Below are positions 7,921 through 17,928 of a DNA stretch of 64,000 nt, piece by piece. Source of the stretch: Wenzhouxiangellaceae bacterium (lineage in GTDB: Bacteria; Pseudomonadota; Gammaproteobacteria; Xanthomonadales; Wenzhouxiangellaceae). Numbering within the stretch: the first letter of the stretch is position 1; every line of letters starts with the position of its first letter. The notes below the pieces were generated by a model. It was not told the DNA's origin, did no database searches, and saw nothing but the letters and a program-made list of their open reading frames with translations. The position numbers were made by a program, and so were the translations under genes. The stretch spans positions 990,617 to 1,054,616 of the forward strand of contig OZ244963.1 of the NCBI GenBank assembly GCA_965222675.1, given 5' to 3'.

Positions 7921-10745
7921 CGAAAGGCGTTTTCGCCACGCGGGCTTCTCCCGCAAGCGCGTAGCGCGGGGCGAAAGGCCTTTGGGGGTTTGTTTTTCGA
8001 CTCCTAAAGCAAGATCAAGAGCGTTTCGCCACGCGGGCTTCGCCCGCTTGCTGGCGAGGTACTTTTGTCAATCGCGACAAAAGTACCCAAAAGCGCTTCT
8101 ACAAGCTGTGCGAACGGAGCGGGGTTGCCCTTCAGGCCGGGGCGCGGCGCAGAAAATCGCTTATCGCGCTGAGACACGAGAAGCTTGTCACGCGCCAGCT
8201 TTCGGCTACCGGATGAGGGCTCGGAGCCCGCGCGGCCCGGTGGGCGATTCGTTGTGATGTGCTGCCGGGCCGGAGCGGATATCGTTCCGCGGCCACCGTC
8301 GGTAGCCTGGAGGTTGCGCTCGACAGCTTCTCCTGAGTCGAGGTCGATCACCGATTCTTGGCGCCGGGACTTTGGCCGAGAAACTCGTCCCTCGATACGC
8401 CCAGCTTCTAGAAAGCGCTTTTGCCTTCTTTTGTCGCGATTGACAAAAGAAGGTCGCCCGCAAGCGCGCAGCGCGGGGCGAAAGGCTTTTCGGGGTTGGG
8501 TTTGGTTCTCGATTTCGAAGCAAGAACAAAAGCGTTTCGCCACGCGGGCTTCGCCCGCTTGCTGGCGAGGTACTTTTGTCAATCGCCTCAAAAGTACCCA
8601 AAAGCGCTTTTCAAAGCGGTGCGAATTGGGCGGGGTTGCCCGTCAGGCCGCGCTGCGGCGCAGAAAATCGCTTATCGCGCTGAGACACGAGAAGCTTGTC
8701 ACGCGCCAGCTTTCGGCTACCGGGTGGGGGATCGGAGGACTACCGGCCTGGGGACGCGACCTTCGAGGTCACTGCCGGGCCGGAGCGGATGTCGTTCCGC
8801 GGCCACCGTCGGTAGCCTGGAGGTTGCGCTTTACAGCTTCTCCTGAGTCGAGGTCGATCACCGATTCTTGGCGCCGCGGCATCGGCCGAGAAACTCGCCC
8901 CTCGATACGCCCCGCTTGTAGAAAGCGCTTTTGCCTTCTTTTGTCGCGATTGACAAAAGAAGGTCGCCCGCAAGCGCGTAGCGCGGTGCGAAAGGCTTTT
9001 GGGGGTTGGGTTTGGTTCTCGATTTCGAAGCAAGAACAAAAGCATTTCGCCACGCGGGCTTTGCCCGCTTGCTGGCGAGGTACTTTTGACAGTCGCCTCA
9101 AAAGTACCCAAAAGCGCTTCTACAAGCGGTGCGAACGGGGCGGGGTTACTCGTGAGACGCGGGCGCGGCGCAGAAAATCGCTTAGCGCGCTGAGACACGA
9201 GAAGCTTGTCACGCGCCAGCTTTCCGCTACCCGGGGTCACTGCGGCGGGCCGCGTCGCCAAACTCCATCCCGTCGCCCCGGCCCCCGAGCCGGGGCCCAG
9301 CGACTTTACGGGCTTCGATCAACGTCGCTGGATCCCGGATCGAGTCCGGGACGACAGAAAAGCCAGGGTCCGGCAACGCAAGAACAAAGGCGTTTCGCCA
9401 CGCGGGCTTCGCCCGCTTTCTGGCGAGGTACTTTTGACAGTCGCCTCAAAAGTACCCAAAAGCGCTTTTGAAAGCGGTGCGAATTGGGCGGGGTTGCTCG
9501 TGAGGCACAGGCGTGGCGCAATGACTCGCTTATCGCGCTGAGACACGAGAAGCTTGTCACGCGCCAGCTTTCGGCTACCGGATGAGGGCTCGGAGCCCGC
9601 GCGGCCCGGTGGGCGATTCGTTGTGATGTGCTGCCGGGCCGGAGCGGACGCGAATCCGCAGCCACCGTGGGTAGCCTGGAGGTTGCGCTTGACAGCTTCT
9701 CCTGAGTCGAGGTCGACCACCGATTCTTGGCGCCACGGCTTTAGCCGAGAAACTCGCCCCTCGATACGCCCCGCTTGTAAAGAGCGCTTTTGCCTTCTTT
9801 TGTCGCGATTGACAAAAGAAGGTCGCCCGCAAGCGCGTAGCGCGGGGCGAAAGGCCTTTGGGGTTTGTTTTTCGAATCCAAAGCAAGAACAAAGGCGTTT
9901 CGCCACGCGGGCTTCGCCCGCTTGCTGGCGAGGTACTTTTGACAGTCGCCTCAAAAGTACCCAAAAGCGCTTCTACAAGCGGTGCGAACGGGGCGGGGTT
10001 GCTCGTGAGACGCGGGCGCGGCGCAGAAAATCGCTTATCGCGCTGAGACACGAGAAGCTTGTCACGCGCCAGCTTTCCGCTACCCGGGTAGCGATCGAAG
10101 ACGATCTGCCCCGGTGGGCAACCGCTCGGGACGCAAGTGCTTCCTGTCGTCGACCATCGACCGGATCCCGCCGTGGGTAACCCTCGAGGTTGCGCTTTAC
10201 AGCTTCTCCTGAGTCGGGGTCGACCACCGATTCTTGGCGCCACGGCCTTAGCCGAGAAACTCGGCCTCGATACGCCCCGCTTGTAAGAAGCGCTTTTGCC
10301 TTCTTTTGTCGCGATTGACAAAAGAAGGTCGCCCGCAAGCGCGTAGCGCGGGGCGAAAGGCTTTTCGGGGTTGGGTTTGGTTCTCGATTTCGAAGCAAGA
10401 ACAAAGGCGTTTCGCCACGCGGGCTTCGCCCGCTTGCTGGCGAGGTACTTTTGACAGTCGCCTCAAAAGTACCCAAAAGCGCTTCTACAAGCGGTGCGAA
10501 CGGGGCGGGGTTGCTCGTGAGATGCGGGCGTGGCGCAATGACTCGCTTAGCGCGCCGAGACACGAGAAGCTTGTCACGCGCCAGCTTTCCGCTACCCGGG
10601 GTCACTGCGGCGGGCCGCGTCGCCAAACTCCATCCCGTCGCCCCGGCCCCCGAGCCGGGGCCCAGCGACTTTACCGGCTTCGATCAACGTCGCTGGAACC
10701 CGGATCGAGTCCGGGACGAAAGAAAAGCCAGGATCCGGCAACGCT
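7921..10745. repeat. Non-coding array of ~190-bp units in alternating orientation (period ~510 bp), six forward copies and four-plus inverted copies
   Basis: Forward unit (gcgtttcgccacgcggg...gagacacgagaagcttgtcacgcgccagctttcggctacc) at 8021-8210, 8532-8721, 9042-9231, 9390-9579, 9895-10084 and 10407-10596. Inverted relative (ggtagcctggaggttgcgct...cgcccgcaagcgcg.agcgcggggcgaaaggc) at 8301-8486, 8811-8996, 9670-9855 and 10176-10361, plus a fragment at 7921-7980. ORFs occur in all frames on both strands with junk composition. Confidence 0.9.
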
Positions 10746-10837
10746 TTTGATTCCGACCCGGAAAAGCGCCCGGTGAGTCGCGCAGGAATGCAAGAACAGC
10801 AACCGCCCGACCGGACGTCGGCGGGAGCCGAACAGGC

Positions 10838-11632
10838 TCAGTCTGCCGACTCCTCGGCGTCATCGCGCCGATCCCCATCGCGGACGACCATTTTCGAGAA
10901 CACGATGCCGAGCTCGTACAAGGCCCAGACCGGAATCGCCAGCAGCGTCTGGGAGATCACGTCCGGTGGGGTGATCAGCATGGCGACGAAGAACACGCCG
11001 ACGACGACGTAGCCGCGGGCCTTCGCCAGGCCCGCGGGCGTGACCACGCCGATCGCGACCAGGACCACGGTGACCACCGGCACCTCGAAGGCGAAGCCGA
11101 AGGCCAGGAACAGCACCATGACGAAGTCGAGGTAGCGGGTGATGTCGGTCATCACCGCGACGCCGTCGGGGGCGATTTTGGTGATGAACGCGAAGATCAG
11201 CGGCAGGACCAGGAAGTAGGCGAACAGGCAGCCGAGGTAGAACAGCGCCGTGGCCGCGAACAGCAGCGGGCGCGCCAGCTTCTTTTCGTGCTGGTACAGG
11301 CCGGGCGCGACGAAGGCCCAGAGCTGGTAGATGACGTAGGGCATGGCCAGGAGAAGGGCCAGGACCATGACCAGCTTGAACGGCGCGAAGATCGGCGAGG
11401 CGACGTCGATCGCGATCATGCTCGAGCCTTCGGGCAGGCGCGAGACCAGCGGCTCGGACACGATCGAATACAGCGTGCGGGCGAACGGCACCATGGCCAG
11501 CATGCAAAGCACGACCGCAAGGACCGCGCGGATCAGGCGCGTGCGCAGCTCGAGCAGGTGGTCGATCAGGCTGAGCTCCTGATCGACGGCCGAATCGATA
11601 CCCGATTCAGTCGGACCGGTCGGCGTCGTCAT
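10838..11632 (-). CDS. tatC: Twin-arginine translocase subunit TatC
   Basis: Multi-TM protein (LIDHLLELRTRLIRAVLAVV...) with the typical TatC N-terminus, last gene of a tatA-tatB-tatC order. Start chosen at the internal Met (MTTPTGP...) rather than the Arg-rich upstream extension to 11734. Confidence 0.85.
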   Translation of the reverse strand: MTTPTGPTESGIDSAVDQELSLIDHLLELRTRLIRAVLAVVLCMLAMVPFARTLYSIVSEPLVSRLPEGSSMIAIDVASPIFAPFKLVMVLALLLAMPYVIYQLWAFVAPGLYQHEKKLARPLLFAATALFYLGCLFAYFLVLPLIFAFITKIAPDGVAVMTDITRYLDFVMVLFLAFGFAFEVPVVTVVLVAIGVVTPAGLAKARGYVVVGVFFVAMLITPPDVISQTLLAIPVWALYELGIVFSKMVVRDGDRRDDAEESAD

Positions 11633-11942
11633 CGGCCTTCGGTTCCTTGTTGTTTCCCGTCCCGTTCTTTTCCTGGTCGCCCGTTTCCCCGTTCGGGTTG
11701 CCGGCCGGCTTCGCGGCTGCCTTCTTCTCGGCATCCTGTCGGGAAGTCGCCTCCATGATCCGGCGATTGTGGTCGGCGTCCAGTTCGGCCTGCAGTTCGG
11801 ATTGCAGGCCCTGCCAGGCCCGTCGCGCCTGGCGCGTCAACTGGCCGGCCTTGCGCGCGATGCCGGGAAGCTTCTCCGGTCCGAGGACGATCAGCGCGAC
11901 CACCGCCAGCAGCAGCAATTCGGTAAATCCCACCCCGCCCAT
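11607..11942 (-). CDS. tatB: Twin-arginine translocase subunit TatB
   Basis: 111 aa. MGGVGFTELLLLAVVALIVLGPEKLP is the TatA/B-family N-terminal TM plus hinge, followed by an amphipathic helix and an acidic tail. It lies between tatA and tatC. Confidence 0.8.
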   Translation of the reverse strand: MGGVGFTELLLLAVVALIVLGPEKLPGIARKAGQLTRQARRAWQGLQSELQAELDADHNRRIMEATSRQDAEKKAAAKPAGNPNGETGDQEKNGTGNNKEPKADDDADRSD

Positions 11943-12172
11943 TCAGAGCGCCCCGGGTGCGTTCCGGGCGAAGGCGCCGGGACGTTGCTCACGACGCGCA
12001 GCGTGGAGCGTCGATTCCGCCGACTCGGCGATGGGAGGCGCGAGGATCATGACCGGCAACCGGCCGGGGAGTGCGAGCCGCCGCCGTGCCGGCACTCGGC
12101 GTGGGAGGTGCTCGTTCCACGAACAAGGGATCTTCCGTCCACGACGTCCACCATGCAAAGGCCCGAAGCGAC

Positions 12173-12376
12173 CTAGTGCCGGGTCGAGTCGGGCGTGTCG
12201 TCGTCTTCGGAGGAGGTCTTCGAGGCGGAATCGTCGTCGCTGTCGCGGAGACCCTTGCGGAAATCCTTCATCGCGCCGCCCAGGTCGCCGCCGATGTTGC
12301 GCAGTTTCTTGGTGCCGAAGATCAACAGGACGATCAGCAGGACGATCAGCAACTGCCAGGGGCTGATGTTGGCCAT
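12173..12376 (-). CDS. tatA: Twin-arginine translocase subunit TatA
   Basis: 67 aa. [36 protein letters not shown] is the canonical TatA motif. Confidence 0.9.
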   Translation of the reverse strand: MANISPWQLLIVLLIVLLIFGTKKLRNIGGDLGGAMKDFRKGLRDSDDDSASKTSSEDDDTPDSTRH

Positions 12377-12415
12377 GTCGGAAGGCTCCGGACCGGGATG
12401 AAGTGGACGACTAGT

Positions 12416-13354
12416 CTACCGCCGAGGCGCGAGCAGCGTCCAGCCGAGGGCAAGCAACAACAGGCCGAGCAACAGCAGGCTGGAGCGACCGAGCGCAGGG
12501 ACCGGGACGATGGCCGGGCTACCGCGATCGCAGCCGCCCGTGGGTGCGATCGCCAGCGACTCGAAACCGACGACGTCGGCGTCGGCGATCTTGCTTGCCG
12601 TGCCGGTTTCCGTGTCGATGCGCAGCACCTCGGAAAACAGGTTGGCATTGCCGCCGTCGCGGCGGTCGGTCAGGGCCCAGAGCTGGCCGTCGGCGTCGAA
12701 GGACAGGCCGGCGTTGGCATAGGGCGACACGGCGGCGCCGAGGGGCCCGATCTCGGTGGCGGTGCCGTCGACGGGGTCGATGGCGTAGAGGTTCGGACTG
12801 TCGCTCGCGCCGGACGAATCCAGGCCCTGGCCGATGCCGTAGACCGCACCGCCCCAGGCCGCGATATCGGTGATCGGTGCGCCGAGGCTGCCAGCGGCAC
12901 CGATCGGGGTAAGGAGCCCCGTGTTCGGATCGGCCTCGTACAGGGTCTCGCGCTGGTCGGAACTGACCAGCAGGCGTCCGTCGCAGGTAAAGGTCATGCC
13001 GAGATCCAGGACCTCGCTCAGGGCGATCCCGAAATTCGTCCGCTCGTTGCCGACCGCGATGCCCAGGCCGGTGGCGGTGCTGACGGTGACCAGCGAGTTG
13101 CTCTCGTCGTCGGCGCCGAACAGGGTGCCGTCGTCGGCCAGGGCCAGGCCCTCCATGTCCAGGAAGGAGGTCCAGCCGACATAGCTGCTTTCGCCGGTGG
13201 CCAGGTCGACCTGCCAGAGCGCGTGCACTTCATCGTTGTTCGGCAGGTTGCCGCGTGAATTCACCGCCCAGGCCAGCGGCTCCGCGTACGCCACGCCGGC
13301 CGGCCCCAGCAGGACCAGCAGTGCGACGACGGCGATGTGACGGGCGCGGGTCAC
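12416..13354 (-). CDS. Secreted beta-propeller-like protein with IPTL-CTERM/PEP-CTERM-type C-terminal sorting tail
   Basis: 312 aa. Signal peptide (VVALLVLLGPAGVAYA) and a repetitive Gly/Asp/Thr-rich body. The C-terminus VPVPALGRSSLLLLGLLLLALGWTLLAPRR reads as short motif, then hydrophobic helix, then basic tail. Confidence 0.7.
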   Translation of the reverse strand: MTRARHIAVVALLVLLGPAGVAYAEPLAWAVNSRGNLPNNDEVHALWQVDLATGESSYVGWTSFLDMEGLALADDGTLFGADDESNSLVTVSTATGLGIAVGNERTNFGIALSEVLDLGMTFTCDGRLLVSSDQRETLYEADPNTGLLTPIGAAGSLGAPITDIAAWGGAVYGIGQGLDSSGASDSPNLYAIDPVDGTATEIGPLGAAVSPYANAGLSFDADGQLWALTDRRDGGNANLFSEVLRIDTETGTASKIADADVVGFESLAIAPTGGCDRGSPAIVPVPALGRSSLLLLGLLLLALGWTLLAPRR

Positions 13355-13523
13355 GGGACGCTCTTTCCTCTCCTGAAGATCAGGACACGATCACGCTCGC
13401 GAGAATAGCAGATTCGTTGTCCGGATCACAGCGGCCGGTGGGTCGGTATCGGCTGTCGGCGGCTCGACCACTCGCGCGCGGTACACTCCTCGACTTCCGT
13501 TCAGTCTTTGCAAGGAATTCCCG

Positions 13524-14657
13524 ATGCCGAAGCATCGAATTCGCAGTCGCGCCGAGGTTCGCCAGGTCGACGCGCACCGGGCCCCTGCCCGCGCCGGGGT
13601 GTTGCTGGCCAACCTCGGCACGCCGGACCGCCCCGATGCTCGTGCGCTGCGCCGCTACCTCAGGGAGTTTCTGTGGGATGACCGGGTCGTCGAAGTTCCC
13701 CGCCCGATCTGGTGGCTGATCCTGAACCTGGTCATCGTGCCGTTCCGCTCGCCGCGCTCGGCCGAGGCCTACCGGCGGGTCTGGACCGAACGCGGCTCGC
13801 CCTTGCTGTATCACACGCGCGATCTGGCCGACGCGATGCAGCGCGAGTTCGAGCGCAACCATCCGGAAGTGCGGGTCTATCCCGCGATGCGCTACGGCCG
13901 GCCGGGTATCGCCGAGGCGCTGGCTCGGATGCGCGATGACAACGTGCAGCGGGTGATCGTGCTGCCGATGTACCCGCAGTATTCCGCGACCACGACCGCA
14001 AGCGTCTTCGACGGCCTGGCCGCAGCCCTGAAATCCGTCCGCTGGCTGCCCGAGCTCCGCTTCGTGACCCATTACCACTACGACGAAGCCTGGGTCGAGG
14101 CGGTCGCCGACCGGATCCGCGCCCACCAGGAAGACCACGGGGAACCGGAGCAGCTGGTCTTCTCGTTCCACGGCATCCCCAGGAACTATCTCCTCGACGG
14201 CGACCCCTACTACTGCCAGTGCCAGTCCTCCGCGCGCCGCATCGCCGCCCGCCTCAAGCTCGAACCCGACGAGTGGCGCGTGACCTTCCAGTCGCGCCTG
14301 GGCCGGGCCGAGTGGCTCAAGCCCTACACCGATCGGACCCTCGAGGCGATGGCCCGCGAGGGCGTCAAGCGGGTCCAGGTGGTCTGTCCGGGGTTCGCCG
14401 TCGACTGCCTGGAGACCATCGACGAGATCGGGGTCGAGAACCGCGAAGCCTTCGAAGAGGCCGGTGGCGAACGGCTGGAGTACATTCCCGCGCTCAACGC
14501 CGAGCCGGATCACGCACGCGTGCTGGCCGAACTGTGCTGGCGCCATGGCCAGGGCTGGCCGGAATTCGGTGGAACGACCGGGGTCGACGAGGCCCTGCTG
14601 GCCGAGCGCGTCGAGCGCGCCGACCGGGCTGCCGTCCGGTTGGGGCTGGACGACTGA
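13524..14657 (+). CDS. hemH: Ferrochelatase
   Basis: 377 aa. Motifs GVLLANLGTPD, FLWDDRVVE, VLPMYPQYSATTT and FSFHGIP are typical of HemH. Confidence 0.9.
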   Translation: MPKHRIRSRAEVRQVDAHRAPARAGVLLANLGTPDRPDARALRRYLREFLWDDRVVEVPRPIWWLILNLVIVPFRSPRSAEAYRRVWTERGSPLLYHTRDLADAMQREFERNHPEVRVYPAMRYGRPGIAEALARMRDDNVQRVIVLPMYPQYSATTTASVFDGLAAALKSVRWLPELRFVTHYHYDEAWVEAVADRIRAHQEDHGEPEQLVFSFHGIPRNYLLDGDPYYCQCQSSARRIAARLKLEPDEWRVTFQSRLGRAEWLKPYTDRTLEAMAREGVKRVQVVCPGFAVDCLETIDEIGVENREAFEEAGGERLEYIPALNAEPDHARVLAELCWRHGQGWPEFGGTTGVDEALLAERVERADRAAVRLGLDD

Positions 14658-14668
14658 TCGGGACGAGC

Positions 14669-16503
<1,835 letters not shown>

Positions 16504-16507
<4 letters not shown>

Positions 16508-16839
16508 CCGGACGACAACTGCAGGATCGGCCAGAAGAAGAAACCCAGCACGACGGCCGCGACGATCACGGCCGCCAGCAGTCGCATCGGGTCGATCCGA
16601 GGCTTCGCGTTTCCGGCTTCCGTACGGGCCCGCTCGGAGTAGTCCGCCTGGAACCGGTCGAAGGCCTCCTTCGCCCTCGGATACTGGTCATTGTCGCGGA
16701 CCCAGATGCTGCCCGCGCTCAGGCCGAAGGCGGTCGGCGGCAGCTCGTACCAGTCCACACCGAGCTCATCGAGCATCGTGCGCACGCCGTCGGCTTCCGC
16801 ATCGGGGACGTGGCGCAGATTCATCAGTCGTCGTGCCAT
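16504..16839 (-). CDS. Small conserved protein, DUF6164-like (C-terminal TM anchor)
   Basis: 111 aa. LMNLRHVPDAEADGVRTMLDELGVDWYELPP...GSIWVRD followed by a C-terminal hydrophobic helix. The pattern is recalled from DUF6164-type proteins; this is a from-memory call. Confidence 0.55.
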
Positions 16840-17111
16840 GGCGGCATTGTAGCGATTTTCTCACTCCACCCTTGCGGCGGGCCGGACGCTGGTCGATCCG
16901 GGCGCTGTGCACGGGTTGGGGAACGCACGGCCCGCACGGCCCGAAATCACGACGACAACGACAACTGTGAGCGGCGTGTTCGCATTGGTCAAGCTGGTCA
17001 TTCACCCTCCGAGAGCTACTTTCCTTCGGCCGAATCGCACCGTGGTTCGAATCGAACCGGGACGTCGAAGCGGTCGGTCATTCGCTCACTACTCGAAAGA
17101 GGGACAACCCC

Positions 17112-17864
17112 ATGGATATGCCGACACTGACAATGGGCCAGTTCAGCCTGGTCTTCAACGTGTTTTCGCTGACGCTGGCCGCGTTCGCGGCCTCGACCAT
17201 CTTCTTCTGGATGCAGCGGGACCGGGTGGCACCCGAGTTCCGGACCGCGCTGACGATCACCGGCCTGGTCACGTTCATCGCCGCGTACCACTACCTGCAG
17301 ATCATGCTCGACTGGAAATCGGCCTTCACCCTCGTCGACGGCGCCTACGTCGCATCGGGGACGCCGTTCAACGACGCCTACCGCTACGTGGACTGGTTGC
17401 TGACCGTGCCGCTCCTCCTGATCGAGCTGCTGCTCGTCATGCGCCTATCCCGGGCCGAGACCGTCAGCAAGGGCTGGTTGCTCGGCGGACTCGCCGCGCT
17501 GATGGTCCTGCTCGGCTATCCCGGCGAGATCTCCAGCGACGACGGCACCCGGTGGCTGTGGTGGTCCCTGTCGATGATTCCGTTCCTGATCATCCTGTAC
17601 CAGCTGTTCGTCGGCCTCGGCGACGCCATTGCGCGTCAGCCAGCTGAATCGCGGGGCCTGGTCAGCGCAGCGCGCTACCTGACCGTGGTGTCGTGGCTGT
17701 TCTATCCGATCGTGTTCGTGCTGCCGATGCTGGGGCTCGAAGGTGCGGCGGCGGAAACCGCGCTGCAGGTCGGCTACAGCATCGCGGACCTGGTTGCCAA
17801 GGCAGTGTTCGGCCTGCTGATCTACACGATCGCAGTCCGCAAGACCGAAGCACAGGCAGCCTGA
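17112..17864 (+). CDS. Proteorhodopsin/xanthorhodopsin-family light-driven proton pump (DTE motif)
   Basis: 250 aa with seven TM segments. RYVDWLLTVPLLLIELLL supplies Asp acceptor, Thr and Glu donor in PR spacing. A His lies in AAYHYL. The retinal Schiff-base Lys sits in YSIADLVAKAVFG. Confidence 0.9.
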   Translation: MDMPTLTMGQFSLVFNVFSLTLAAFAASTIFFWMQRDRVAPEFRTALTITGLVTFIAAYHYLQIMLDWKSAFTLVDGAYVASGTPFNDAYRYVDWLLTVPLLLIELLLVMRLSRAETVSKGWLLGGLAALMVLLGYPGEISSDDGTRWLWWSLSMIPFLIILYQLFVGLGDAIARQPAESRGLVSAARYLTVVSWLFYPIVFVLPMLGLEGAAAETALQVGYSIADLVAKAVFGLLIYTIAVRKTEAQAA

Positions 17865-17928
17865 TCGCCTGACGAGGGCGCCGGCCCGGCCCCCGGGTCG
17901 GCGCATCTCGTATCCGCATTCCGGCCCG

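Noticed and set aside
9296-9362. tRNA or tRNA pseudogene (GGATCGAGTCC T-arm-like hairpin), also at about 10660-10725
   Set aside because: Only the T-arm-like stem-loop fits. The preceding hairpin has a 19-nt loop rather than a 7-nt anticodon loop. No D-arm or acceptor pairing could be drawn, and there is no CCA-compatible 3' end.
8185-9471. 428-aa ORF (and many others, 7868-10776, both strands) inside the repeat array
   Set aside because: ORFs occur in every frame on both strands simply because the repeats lack stops. The translations are Arg/Ser/Cys/Trp-rich and have no RBS or start context, and the frames are not conserved between copies.
7921-10745. CRISPR array
   Set aside because: The units are ~190 bp in alternating orientation with a ~510-bp period, not 25-40-bp direct repeats with unique spacers. 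No cas genes or leader are present in the window.
7921-10745. Integron gene-cassette array with conserved attC sites
   Set aside because: There is no intI nearby. The conserved portion makes up most of each unit rather than a short attC. No RYYYAAC/GTTRRRY core-site pair was found at unit borders, and no cassette ORFs are present.
14219-14668. Upstream 150-aa extension of recQ given in the ORF track
   Set aside because: The extension overlaps the 3' half of hemH in another frame and is Arg/Pro/Gly junk. The conserved RecQ N-terminus begins at the Met at 14669.
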